Assembly (NCBI GenBank): GCA_964359185.1
Contig: CAYHSB010000005.1
Location: 1 to 24,860 of the forward strand
Direction: 5' to 3'
Source: an uncultured Chitinophagales bacterium
GTDB lineage: Bacteria > Bacteroidota > Ignavibacteria > UBA10030 > JAHEZR01
DNA: 24,860 nt
In this document: in pieces, positions 1-9,059 of the stretch
How positions within the stretch are numbered: the stretch's first letter is position 1
How the letters are laid out: each line of letters starts with the position of its first letter
Translations under genes and position numbers: made by a program
The notes under the pieces: generated by a model
What the model was told of the DNA's origin: nothing
Databases searched by the model: none
The model's input: the letters and a program-made list of their open reading frames with translations, nothing else

Positions 1-1018
1 TCGCAAGCTCCGTCAGAATGATTCTCGATTTTCCCGTCGAGGCATCAACAAGCATCAACTCAAGTTTGTTCTGCTGCCTATTGAGACGCTGGACTGAGAG
101 GGTACTCGATTTCTGCGTCCATTGAATACGGGGAATGTAAGTATCCTGCGTCGAGTCAGGTGGCGCGCCGATGTCAGCCCACGTGGTTTTCTTGTTCTCA
201 AGACCTACGACACCGATCTTCACAATCGCATTTGGATCTCCCGCTTTCGGATATCGCATTCGAGTGACTTCCTGATGAAGCGGCAGGAAGTTATTGATCG
301 GAAATTCTGGCTCGCGGTTTTCATCAAGTTGCCAGTATGCGATATACTTTCCATCTGGGGACCACTGCCATCCGTCGATGATTCCGAATTCTTCCTCGTA
401 CACCCAATCAAAATGACCGTTGAGGAGATGCTCTGCTCCGTCGAAGGTGAGTTGTGTTTCTTTCCCGCTTCCTAAATCCAGAACAAAAATATTATTTGCT
501 CGTACGAAACCAATCATCTTGCCATCGGGTGAAAACTTCACGTTCATTTGCTCCTGCGAAACATCGGTGAGCTGTCTAAATTTTTCTGCCTTCATCTCGT
601 ACAAGAAAAAGTTGCCGCCGGTTTTCATCCCACGCGCAGGTAGGACTCCCGTGAACAAGATTTTGCTCTCATCAGGCGACCATGAGTAGCTTCGAATGCC
701 AAACGCCTTATCTCCCTCTTTCAATACCAACTTTGATGCATCGACAAATGTTGTTCTCTTTCCAGTCGCGACATCATATGTCCAGATATCGGTTTGCTTT
801 TTTGCGGTGTCCGTTTCAAGATAAGAAAACGCCTTTCCTCCATTGATCCACTGCAAGCCTCGAATGCTCTTTGGGAAAAACTTTCCCGAAGTATAAATAT
901 CATCAAGTGTAAATTCTTTAGCCTGCTGCTGAGCAGTTAACTGCTGTAGAAAAAGAAATGCGATGAAGAAGAGCAACGACGTTCGTTGGATGATAAAATG
1001 CAATCTTGAGTGCTTCAT
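1..1018 (-). CDS. S9B family dipeptidyl-peptidase IV-like protein, signal peptide plus N-terminal beta-propeller; partial, runs off the left edge
   Basis: Absent from the ORF track (no stop in window); translated by hand from ATG at 1018 with AAGGAG SD upstream: MKHSRLHFIIQRTSLLFFIAFLFLQQLTAQQQAKEFTLDDIY...SYSWSPDESKILF...KFSPDGKMIGFVRANNIFV...QLTFDG...NGHFDWVYEEEF...WSPDGKYIAYW...MRYPKAGDPN, typical DPPIV_N motifs. Confidence 0.9.
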   Translation of the reverse strand, partial: MKHSRLHFIIQRTSLLFFIAFLFLQQLTAQQQAKEFTLDDIYTSGKFFPKSIRGLQWINGGKAFSYLETDTAKKQTDIWTYDVATGKRTTFVDASKLVLKEGDKAFGIRSYSWSPDESKILFTGVLPARGMKTGGNFFLYEMKAEKFRQLTDVSQEQMNVKFSPDGKMIGFVRANNIFVLDLGSGKETQLTFDGAEHLLNGHFDWVYEEEFGIIDGWQWSPDGKYIAYWQLDENREPEFPINNFLPLHQEVTRMRYPKAGDPNAIVKIGVVGLENKKTTWADIGAPPDSTQDTYIPRIQWTQKSSTLSVQRLNRQQNKLELMLVDASTGKSRIILTELA

Positions 1019-1129
1019 GGCATTCTCCTTTCAAAAATGAACATGTTCGCGGTAATGGTTCGGTTTGTGATCCGGACATGCCCCATCAATTCAGTGACTG
1101 AATGAATTCCGAGCCACATGGCAATCCCC

Positions 1130-4100
1130 TCATTCCCAATTGAACTTGCCACGCTTCTTCGGATGATTACCGATTTCGTCCATTGTTGCGCCATCGTAGA
1201 GCCTACCGTTCTTCATGAGGTAACGGATGGATTCGCTGTTCCGAATCTCCTCTAGTGGATTTTTCTCCATGACGATGAGATCGGCGAGCTTCCCCGCCTC
1301 AAGCGAGCCGAGATCCTTCTCTAAGCCTATGTATTGTGCCCCATACAGAGTTGCACAACGTATAGCCTCAAGAGGGCTCATCCCACCCTGGACAAGCATC
1401 CATAACTCCCAGTGAGCACCGAGCCCTTGCAATTGACCATGTGCGCCGAGTTGTACCTTAGCGCCCGCGTCGAACACCTTTTTCGCTGCTTTCGCATTCT
1501 CAATGTAGTTGAAATCGTCTTCTTCTGCCATCATTCGACGACGAGAGCGAGCGTCGATGATCTCTCTCGGAGTAAATCTCAGGAGCCGCTCGTTATCCCA
1601 TACCTTCGTCTTCATGTACCAGTAATTCTCTCCCCATAGCCCGCCGTAGCTGACGATAAGCGTTGGTGTATATCCAGTTTTACTCATTGCGAGCAGAGTG
1701 TTTGCGTCTTTGTACATTGGAGAGACCGGTATTGAATGCTCGATGCCAGTATGTCCATCTAAGATCATGGACATGTTCCAGAAAAAGGTCGAACCCCCTT
1801 CGGGCACGACCATCATTTTGAGTGCCCGTGCCGCCTCAATGATCTGCTGTCGTTGATCTCGCCTTGGTTGGTTGTAGCTCTTCACCGTAAAGGCACCAAC
1901 AGCCTTGAGCCGACGGAGATGCGACATTGCATCTTCGAAGTTACTAATGACTGCTTTGATGGAACCCTCGGCACCGTACAGAATTGTTCCTGTCGAGTAA
2001 AGACGTGGGCCGGCCATCAGACCCGCCTTGATCAGCTCAGAGTTTGAGAAGACCATCTCTGTGCCTGACGAGGGGTCATGGGAAGTCGTCACACCGAACG
2101 CTAGGTTTGCATAGTATCCCCAATGCGTCTGAGGCGTGACGTTATTACTTCCGGTTCCGATGTGGGCATGTACATCGATCATCCCTGGCATGATAAATTT
2201 CCCCGAAACGTCGACGCGCTTCGCGTCAGGAGGAATCTCGATAGCTGTCGAGGGGCCAATTGCTTTGATGCGATTGCGCTCTATGAGTATCGTAGCTCCC
2301 GGGATAACTTGATCGCCTTGCATCGTTATCACTGTCGCACCAGTCAATGCTAAAGTTCCAGTCGGGTTGTCAGTGTCGGCTGTGAAGCCAACGTACAATC
2401 CCGTTGTATCAGGCTTCTCTTGAACGCTATCCTTTGCGCCATCAACAAACTTGAAAGTATTTGTGAGTTCTCGGGAGTACAACTCAGAACCCAATGACCA
2501 ATAAAGCTTTTTGCTGTCTGGCGACCAGTTCAGATACGTGCCGGCGTCGCGCGTAATCTTTTTGATTGGATAGTCAGCAGTAATCGGGCCAATATTTACA
2601 GCCTGTCCAGTTTCCGGGAAGACCGCAATGTAGGCGTTATATCGCTCCACCAATGCCACCCACTTTTCGTCTGGAGAAGGTACGATTTGCTGCGCGTTAT
2701 CCGAAAGAAGATGGACTCTCCGCTTTTCGCCGCTTAACCCGACGCTCGCGAGGGCAGTCTTTTCCCCTTCATTCGTGAGGAGAAAGATTCGCTCGCCAGT
2801 TCTGTTGAACATGGGTCGAGAACCTTCTTCCGTAATCAGCGTCGGTTTCCCACCTTCGGCCGGAATCCAATAGATACCTGTTTCTTTGCTGTACGTACGC
2901 CCACGAAGTCCATCACCTCCAGCTCTTCGAAAGACGATCTTCTTTCCGTCAGAAGAGAATTGAGGTTCAACATAATGCCCCATGCGGCTCGTCAGTTTTG
3001 TTTGGTTGCTTCCGCTCGGCTGAACTTTCCAGACGGCGCCTTTCTCCTCATCATTCCAAGTTGCGTATACAATCCACTTCCCGTCGGGAGAGAAAGAAGG
3101 ATAGTATTCAAAGTTCTCAGAATCCTTGGTGATGCGTTTCGGTGTGCCATCTGGAAGATCTCTGATGTAAAGTTTCCCGAGTGCGGTGTAGATAACGGAC
3201 CTCTGGTCGGGAGAGACGGTTACCCATCGCAGCATCTTCACATCGAACTTCTCTGGGGCTACCTCCTGTGGAAAACGCACTGCCTCCGTGATCGTCTGCT
3301 TCACATGAACTTTAAAAGGAATCTGAGCGGCCTCTCTCCCGCCCGAACCACCCAGCCCGACAGAGTCGGTCTGGCGGGCTTGGCGGGCGGGCGTTTGAAC
3401 ATCAACGCTCCAGATATGTCCCCTTGCGGAGATTACAATGCTCTTCCCATCCGGTGTCCAAGAAAACCCTGGATGCACGCCGAACATTGCCCACGTTTCT
3501 TGTGCATCGCGGTTGAGGTTGTCATAGATCGGGGATTCTCTCCCCCTCTCGATATCATAAAGATAGAGGACCGTTTTTAATCGGAAACGTCGAACGAAAG
3601 CGATAGTCTTTCCATCCGGTGAGACCTGAGGTCGGACTGAACCTCCCTCGCCGTTGATGAATTGTTCGGTCTTTCCGGTTTGAAGATCGAGACGTTGAAT
3701 AACGTAGATAACGCCATTCGGATCTTTGTTGTATTGGAATCCACCTCCCGGACTCACATCTTCACTGTAATAGAGGTATCGACCGTCTGGGGACAGACAT
3801 GGCTCGCCAGCATCTTGCTCCCAGTTGCGGCGCTTCGTGAGCTGGAGGCCGTCACCCCCGCCGATATGGTACAGCCACATCTCGCCCGCCCCAAGAGATC
3901 GGGTGTTGCGGTAATGTTTACGTGCAACAAGGTATTTACCATCCGGTGTCCAGATGGCGTTGTTCGTCTGCCGTTCTTTTTCCTTCGTGATTTGTTTCGA
4001 ATTCTTACCATCGACATCCATGACCCAGATATTGTCGCATCCGTCTCGATCACTGGTGATTGAAATCTTTCGCCCGTCCGGACTGAAGCGTGGTTGGACT

Positions 4101-4420
4101 TCGTACGCAGGTCCTCCAGCCAACAGGGTTGCACTTCCTCCACTGATGGGCATAATGTAAATATCACCGAGTATGTCGAAGACGATTTGCTTGCCATCCG
4201 GACTCACATCGACAGAAATCCACGTCCCCTCATCTGTGTCGAACTCAATATCAGTAGTAGGCCCGTGCTTGGCAGCAACATCCCATTTCGGTTCGGCCTT
4301 CTTTGTGGTATCCTTTGCTACGAGAGTGTCAGACTTGACTTGCTGGGCCAGGATGGACGAGGTTGGAATGCAGACTATGAGACCCAGGATCGCGGAAGCC
4401 AATTGAAGAGTATGTTTCAT
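1130..4420 (-). CDS. Secreted fusion protein: PD40/TolB-like beta-propeller repeats plus C-terminal amidohydrolase domain
   Basis: Likely start MKHTLQ at 4420 (signal peptide, GAAAGGG upstream), not 4489. Many SPDGK/WTPDGK PD40 repeats; amidohydrolase motifs PGMIDVHAH, GIEH, GSLEAGKLADLIV. Confidence 0.9.
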   Translation of the reverse strand: MKHTLQLASAILGLIVCIPTSSILAQQVKSDTLVAKDTTKKAEPKWDVAAKHGPTTDIEFDTDEGTWISVDVSPDGKQIVFDILGDIYIMPISGGSATLLAGGPAYEVQPRFSPDGRKISITSDRDGCDNIWVMDVDGKNSKQITKEKERQTNNAIWTPDGKYLVARKHYRNTRSLGAGEMWLYHIGGGDGLQLTKRRNWEQDAGEPCLSPDGRYLYYSEDVSPGGGFQYNKDPNGVIYVIQRLDLQTGKTEQFINGEGGSVRPQVSPDGKTIAFVRRFRLKTVLYLYDIERGRESPIYDNLNRDAQETWAMFGVHPGFSWTPDGKSIVISARGHIWSVDVQTPARQARQTDSVGLGGSGGREAAQIPFKVHVKQTITEAVRFPQEVAPEKFDVKMLRWVTVSPDQRSVIYTALGKLYIRDLPDGTPKRITKDSENFEYYPSFSPDGKWIVYATWNDEEKGAVWKVQPSGSNQTKLTSRMGHYVEPQFSSDGKKIVFRRAGGDGLRGRTYSKETGIYWIPAEGGKPTLITEEGSRPMFNRTGERIFLLTNEGEKTALASVGLSGEKRRVHLLSDNAQQIVPSPDEKWVALVERYNAYIAVFPETGQAVNIGPITADYPIKKITRDAGTYLNWSPDSKKLYWSLGSELYSRELTNTFKFVDGAKDSVQEKPDTTGLYVGFTADTDNPTGTLALTGATVITMQGDQVIPGATILIERNRIKAIGPSTAIEIPPDAKRVDVSGKFIMPGMIDVHAHIGTGSNNVTPQTHWGYYANLAFGVTTSHDPSSGTEMVFSNSELIKAGLMAGPRLYSTGTILYGAEGSIKAVISNFEDAMSHLRRLKAVGAFTVKSYNQPRRDQRQQIIEAARALKMMVVPEGGSTFFWNMSMILDGHTGIEHSIPVSPMYKDANTLLAMSKTGYTPTLIVSYGGLWGENYWYMKTKVWDNERLLRFTPREIIDARSRRRMMAEEDDFNYIENAKAAKKVFDAGAKVQLGAHGQLQGLGAHWELWMLVQGGMSPLEAIRCATLYGAQYIGLEKDLGSLEAGKLADLIVMEKNPLEEIRNSESIRYLMKNGRLYDGATMDEIGNHPKKRGKFNWE

Positions 4421-4509
4421 TGATCGGCCCTTTCTGCTCGAGGTGCGAAATCGAGATGGAACATGAGGACATGGAGGAATGGAAAGCAAGGTGAAGTATA
4501 CTGAAAACT

Positions 4510-5439
4510 TTAACTCGAAGCGATTGCTCTTTTCGACTCAGGCATTAGTTCGTGAAGCAAGACAGTCATCACTGAGCGAGGATCTTCGCCCGTGAATTTC
4601 AACTTCTCGTCAGCGCGTGCAAGAGAAGCAAAGCCTCTCTCTATTTCTGACTTGGAGTATGAACGCAATCGTTGTCCCCCCTCCGCGAGCTTGAGCATTC
4701 TCATAAAGTTCTTCGTGATCATTACAACCATGACTGGAGGATACTCCCCAAACTGCATCATTCGGTAGAATATCTCCAGTGATCGCTTGAGATCCCTGTT
4801 TCCGACAGCCTTGGAAAGTTCAAAGACATTGTACGTCTTTGAAAAGCCCACAACCGCATGCACATCGTCGGCGTCAATGGTTTTCTTGTCGCCGATGTAA
4901 GAAGAGATCTTCTCGAGTTCGCTGTCAAGGGCACGGAGGGAGTTGCCGACATAGGTAATGAGCACTTCGTACGCGTCCCGACTTATCTCCCTTCCGTATT
5001 TGCGCCCGCGCTCCTTAATCCAGAGCAGAAGTTCGGACTCTTTTGGGTGTCCAAATTCGATCGTCGCTGCTTTTCTCTGGAGTATACTGTCAGTCTTCTT
5101 GGAGATAATCACCATGACAGTCGATTGAGAAGCCTTCTCAACATGGGTGTAGAGGATCTTTTTTCCTTCGTCGTCGAGCCGCTCAAAATTCCTGAGAATA
5201 ACGACACGATGCTGTGTCATCATCGGGTAAGAATTTGCGTGCGCGACAACATCCTGAGCATCTACCTCATCACCGTACAAGACGTCAAGGTTGAAACTTT
5301 GGTCTTCGTCTCGGAGTACTGTAGCGATGAGCGTGCTGACAGCCTCATCAATGAGGAAATCTTCCTCTCCGAAGAAGAAATATACCTGCGCAAACTTCCG
5401 TTGCTTTAAAGCAGTATGAAATTCTTGCTGTGTCATCAT
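4510..5439 (-). CDS. holA: DNA polymerase III delta subunit
   Basis: VYFFFGEEDFLIDE, FNLDVLYG, ANSYPMM..HRVVIL, LDSELEKI, YNVFELSKAVG motifs. Start uncertain (5448 GTG, 5439 or 5436 ATG). Confidence 0.9.
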   Translation of the reverse strand: MMTQQEFHTALKQRKFAQVYFFFGEEDFLIDEAVSTLIATVLRDEDQSFNLDVLYGDEVDAQDVVAHANSYPMMTQHRVVILRNFERLDDEGKKILYTHVEKASQSTVMVIISKKTDSILQRKAATIEFGHPKESELLLWIKERGRKYGREISRDAYEVLITYVGNSLRALDSELEKISSYIGDKKTIDADDVHAVVGFSKTYNVFELSKAVGNRDLKRSLEIFYRMMQFGEYPPVMVVMITKNFMRMLKLAEGGQRLRSYSKSEIERGFASLARADEKLKFTGEDPRSVMTVLLHELMPESKRAIASS

Positions 5440-5451
5440 TTGACACACAGA

Positions 5452-6018
5452 TCATTTCGTTAGTTTCTTATTGTAGACTTTCTTCATGACCACTTTCTTA
5501 AGAGGATTGTCCCTTTGATCCCTCGGAACATTCACGATCTTATCGACCACATCCATTCCCTCTATGACTCGCCCAAACACGCTGTACTGTCCATCGAGGT
5601 GAGGTACGTCGGCAACGCAAATGAAGAACTGGCTCGTCGCGCTGTTAATGTCGTCTCCCCTGCGCGCCGCTGAGACGATGCCGCGCTTGTGGCTTGTCTT
5701 ACTGAATTCAGCTGGCACGGTGGGTTGTCCGGCCTGTCCCATGCCGTCGTTCGATCGATCTTCATCCTTTGAGTTCGGGTCGCCTCCCTGGATCATGAAC
5801 TTCGGAATAACACGATGGAAGGTTGTGCCATTGAAAAAGCCCGAGGAAGCAAGCTTCTTGAAATTCGCAACGTGTTTTGGGGCAACATCAGAAAAGAATT
5901 CGAAGATAATCTTTCCGAAGTCCGTTTCGATGACCGCCACTTCCTTTGAGGTCCTTCCCTGGTCGGATGTATCTAGCATCGCAAGAGCTAAGAAGGCGAG
6001 TCCGATTGTTGAAAGCAT
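5452..6018 (-). CDS. Cyclophilin-type peptidyl-prolyl cis-trans isomerase, probably exported
   Basis: FHRVIPKFMIQGGDP, SATSQFFI, LDGQYSVFGRVIEGMDVV motifs; short hydrophobic N-terminus. Confidence 0.95.
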   Translation of the reverse strand: MLSTIGLAFLALAMLDTSDQGRTSKEVAVIETDFGKIIFEFFSDVAPKHVANFKKLASSGFFNGTTFHRVIPKFMIQGGDPNSKDEDRSNDGMGQAGQPTVPAEFSKTSHKRGIVSAARRGDDINSATSQFFICVADVPHLDGQYSVFGRVIEGMDVVDKIVNVPRDQRDNPLKKVVMKKVYNKKLTK

Positions 6019-6054
6019 AATTTCTTCTCCTTTTGCAATAGAGTTACGAGCAAA

Positions 6055-6882
6055 CTAGGTAACCGGTGAAAGAATTCCAAGAAGCAGAAGGAGGAATATC
6101 ACCCCTCCAAGAAGAATCCTGTACCAGACAAAAACATACGTTGTGTGCGTACGTAGATAGCGTAAAAGGAACGCAATCGCAGCATAGCCGGTGACTGCCG
6201 AAAAAACAGTCGCGACAGTGAGATTGACTGCTACAACCGTGCTCAAACTGTGGCGGACCTCATACATCTCGAAGAGACCACTTGCAATCACGGCGGGAAT
6301 GCTAAGAAGAAACGAAAACCTCGCTGCAGCCTCGCGTGTCAAGCCAAGGAAGAGCCCTGCGGTGATGGTCGTACCTGAACGAGAGGAGCCGGGAACCAAC
6401 GCAAGTGCCTGCGCAAGACCAACAATCACACAGTCCATGAAAGCGATGGAACTCGTCCCACGTCGGAAAGTGGAGATGCGCTCAGCGAGGGCAAGGGCCA
6501 ACGCGAGGAGAATGAGACTTGATGCAATGAGGTAGAGTGATCGAGCAGACGTCACGATAGAATGCCTGAAGAGAAAGCCAAGGACAGCAACAGGGATCGT
6601 CCCGACACCAATATACCAGGCCATACGAGATTCAAACTCATCGAAGGGTTTGCCATTAGCAATCCCACGGAAGAAAGCTTTGGTAAGTTTCAGGAAGTCA
6701 CGGCGAAAGAATATGACCACCGAAGCCATTGTCCCGAGCTGAATAATGGCAGAAGCTGCCGCTCCGGGGTCTCCCCATCCAAAGAGAGCAGGCACGAGGC
6801 GGACGTGTGCGGTGCTACTGATGGGGAGGAACTCAGTCAACCCCTGGACTACTCCGAGAACAACTGCCTCAAGAAGGGTCAT
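6055..6882 (-). CDS. uppP: Undecaprenyl-diphosphate phosphatase (BacA)
   Basis: LGVVQGLTEFLPISSTAH and PGSSRSGTT catalytic motifs; AARFSFLLSIP. Confidence 0.97.
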   Translation of the reverse strand: MTLLEAVVLGVVQGLTEFLPISSTAHVRLVPALFGWGDPGAAASAIIQLGTMASVVIFFRRDFLKLTKAFFRGIANGKPFDEFESRMAWYIGVGTIPVAVLGFLFRHSIVTSARSLYLIASSLILLALALALAERISTFRRGTSSIAFMDCVIVGLAQALALVPGSSRSGTTITAGLFLGLTREAAARFSFLLSIPAVIASGLFEMYEVRHSLSTVVAVNLTVATVFSAVTGYAAIAFLLRYLRTHTTYVFVWYRILLGGVIFLLLLLGILSPVT

Positions 6883-6894
6883 AATGTCGTAGCG

Positions 6895-7593
6895 TCAAAA
6901 ATAATACACCAAGCCAAACTTAATTCCTACGCTCGCAAAACGAAGCCTTACAGGATCGATCGGACCGAATGCTCTTCGGATTTCAAGGCCCTTCCCATCA
7001 TTATCCTTCAACCTGCCAAGAAAATCCAGACGGACGTCGCCGCCAATGAGCCCATAGAGAGATTCGCTGAATGCTGTGTTCCCCATCGCTTCCAGTTTGA
7101 ATCCAATCCCACCGGTTGTGAATCGACTCTCGCTAGCTGAATTTGGAAACAATTGCGTGAACTTCCCAAAGTGGTATCCAGCACCGCCACCGAGCTTAAC
7201 ATAGAAACCCTCCCCCTCGAGAACATAGACCAACAGCACTGTGGGCATGTGAACAGCGTAGTCGAATGAAAAAAGGCCGGCGCCTTGTCCACTAACCGAG
7301 TAAGTTTTCAATAGATATGCGTACTCAAACTTGAGACTTATGTCCGCATTCAGAGAAATCTCGGGTGCAGCGAAGAATTCTACAGCTGACGCAAAATCAT
7401 CTAGTTTGTCGGGACTAATAACTTGATTCACATAATCCACAACGTCTGAAGCCCTGATATAGCTGACTCCCATCCCGGCTGAGAACGAAGCTCTCCTCCT
7501 TGCAGTTGCATCCTGAGCATAGAGAATTCCCGTAGTCACATGGAGGACAAGAAAGAAGAACAAGCAAAGTGGTCGGCGCAGATGGTCGGTCAT
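6895..7593 (-). CDS. Hypothetical outer-membrane beta-barrel protein
   Basis: Signal peptide ending ILYA/QD, alternating Gly/aromatic strands (KLGGGAGYHFG, GIGFKLEA), C-terminal GIKFGLVYYF beta-signal. Confidence 0.7.
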   Translation of the reverse strand: MTDHLRRPLCLFFFLVLHVTTGILYAQDATARRRASFSAGMGVSYIRASDVVDYVNQVISPDKLDDFASAVEFFAAPEISLNADISLKFEYAYLLKTYSVSGQGAGLFSFDYAVHMPTVLLVYVLEGEGFYVKLGGGAGYHFGKFTQLFPNSASESRFTTGGIGFKLEAMGNTAFSESLYGLIGGDVRLDFLGRLKDNDGKGLEIRRAFGPIDPVRLRFASVGIKFGLVYYF

Positions 7594-7729
7594 GTTGCTG
7601 CTCGAGGTTCCAATTCAGCTTGTGTGGTTGTAAAGGATAGGACAGCTATACAGAAACGCTCCCGCTGCGAGCCAAAAGCAGTGGAGTTGCCTCGACGCAC
7701 GCGGTCTTTGAGGGAAGCCCTGAACGAAA

Positions 7730-9028
7730 TCATCTACCAATCCCGTAGTATGTAAAACCTCTCGCGCGCACTTCTTTCGCGTCGTAGATGTTCCTGCCAT
7801 CGAATATGACGGGGGATTTCATGAGCCGCTTCATCCGGACAAAGTCTGGCTGACGGAACTCGTTCCATTCTGTCACGACGATGAGCGCATCGGCTCCCTT
7901 GAGAACATCATAGTTATTGTCAAAGAGATGGATCTTCTCACCAAGGATTTCTTTTGCCCTTTCATTAGCGACAGGATCATGGGCGTTCACTCTTGCTCCT
8001 GCCTCGAGAAGATGGGAAATGATGACGAGCGAGGGTGCATCACGGAGGTCATCCGTTCGAGGCTTGTACGCGAGTCCCCAGATAGCAACGAGCCGATCCT
8101 TCACCTTCCCCTTGAAATGCGCCTTGAATTTTTCCACCAAGAGAAGTTTTTGCTGCTCATTGACACCGTCAACTGCTTTCAAAATCTTTGACTCGTAGCC
8201 CTGTTCTTGCGATGTTTTTATTAGCGCCTTCACATCCTTTGGGAAACACGAACCGCCATAGCCCACCCCGGGGAACAGAAACTGAGGACCGATCCGCGAA
8301 TCTGACCCAATTCCGAGCCGAACCATATCGATATCAGCACCGACGCGTTCAGCGAGATTTGCAACCTCATTCATGAATGAGATCTTGGTGGCGAGGAGAG
8401 AATTTGCTGCGTACTTCGTCAATTCTGCGCTTCGCTCGTCCATTACTATGTAGTGGTCAGCCGTTCGCATGAAGGGAGCATAGAGGTCATGCAATATTTT
8501 CGCCGCTTCCTTGTTCCGGGTGCCGACGATGACACGCTCTGGATAGAGAAAATCGTTTACCGCAGCGCCTTCTTTGAGGAACTCAGGATTTGCAACGACT
8601 TCAAATTCAACCCTTGTTTCCCGCCGCATAATCGTTCGCAATCGGTCCACTGTTCCAACTGGGACGGTGCTTTTCGTGACGATGATCTTCGGCTTCTTCA
8701 TTCTCCGAGCGATCTTCCTCACTACATCCAAAACAACTCTCAAGTCTGCACCCCCGTCATGATCCGACGGAGTGGGGAGAGCAAGGAAGATAACTTTGGA
8801 GACATCGACAGTCTCCGAGAGCCTGGTTGTAAACCGAAGACGTTTTTCGTTAATATTACGCCGGACAAGCTCTTCAAGGCCTGGCTCATAGATCGGGACG
8901 ATTCCCCTCTTCAACTTTTGAATCTTTGTGCGGTCAATATCCATACAGATGACGTCGTTACCACTTTCTGCAAAGCATGTTCCAGCAACGAGGCCAACGT
9001 ATCCAGTTCCAATTACTCCGATGTTCAT
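7730..9028 (-). CDS. ugd: UDP-glucose/GDP-mannose family 6-dehydrogenase
   Basis: GTGYVG Rossmann motif, KSTVPVGT, NPEFLKEG, catalytic GGSCFPKD, GLAYKPRTDDLR. Confidence 0.95.
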   Translation of the reverse strand: MNIGVIGTGYVGLVAGTCFAESGNDVICMDIDRTKIQKLKRGIVPIYEPGLEELVRRNINEKRLRFTTRLSETVDVSKVIFLALPTPSDHDGGADLRVVLDVVRKIARRMKKPKIIVTKSTVPVGTVDRLRTIMRRETRVEFEVVANPEFLKEGAAVNDFLYPERVIVGTRNKEAAKILHDLYAPFMRTADHYIVMDERSAELTKYAANSLLATKISFMNEVANLAERVGADIDMVRLGIGSDSRIGPQFLFPGVGYGGSCFPKDVKALIKTSQEQGYESKILKAVDGVNEQQKLLLVEKFKAHFKGKVKDRLVAIWGLAYKPRTDDLRDAPSLVIISHLLEAGARVNAHDPVANERAKEILGEKIHLFDNNYDVLKGADALIVVTEWNEFRQPDFVRMKRLMKSPVIFDGRNIYDAKEVRARGFTYYGIGR

Positions 9029-9059
9029 AAGAAAAGTCTTTCAGGATTTGTGATTGTGA

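Noticed and set aside
122-906. Short ORFs at 122-475, 220-411, 420-689 and 721-906
   Set aside because: Shadow frames of the minus-strand DPP-IV-like gene, which the ORF track missed because it has no stop in the window.
4434-7608. Identical 11-mer ACCTCGAGCAG just upstream of the amidohydrolase (4434-4444) and beta-barrel (7598-7608) start codons
   Set aside because: The distances to ATG differ, and one shared 11-mer is within chance for a window of this size.
7540-7800. ORFs 7540-7755 (+) and 7615-7800 (-) across the ugd/beta-barrel gap
   Set aside because: They overlap well-supported genes and show no recognisable motif or ribosome-binding site.
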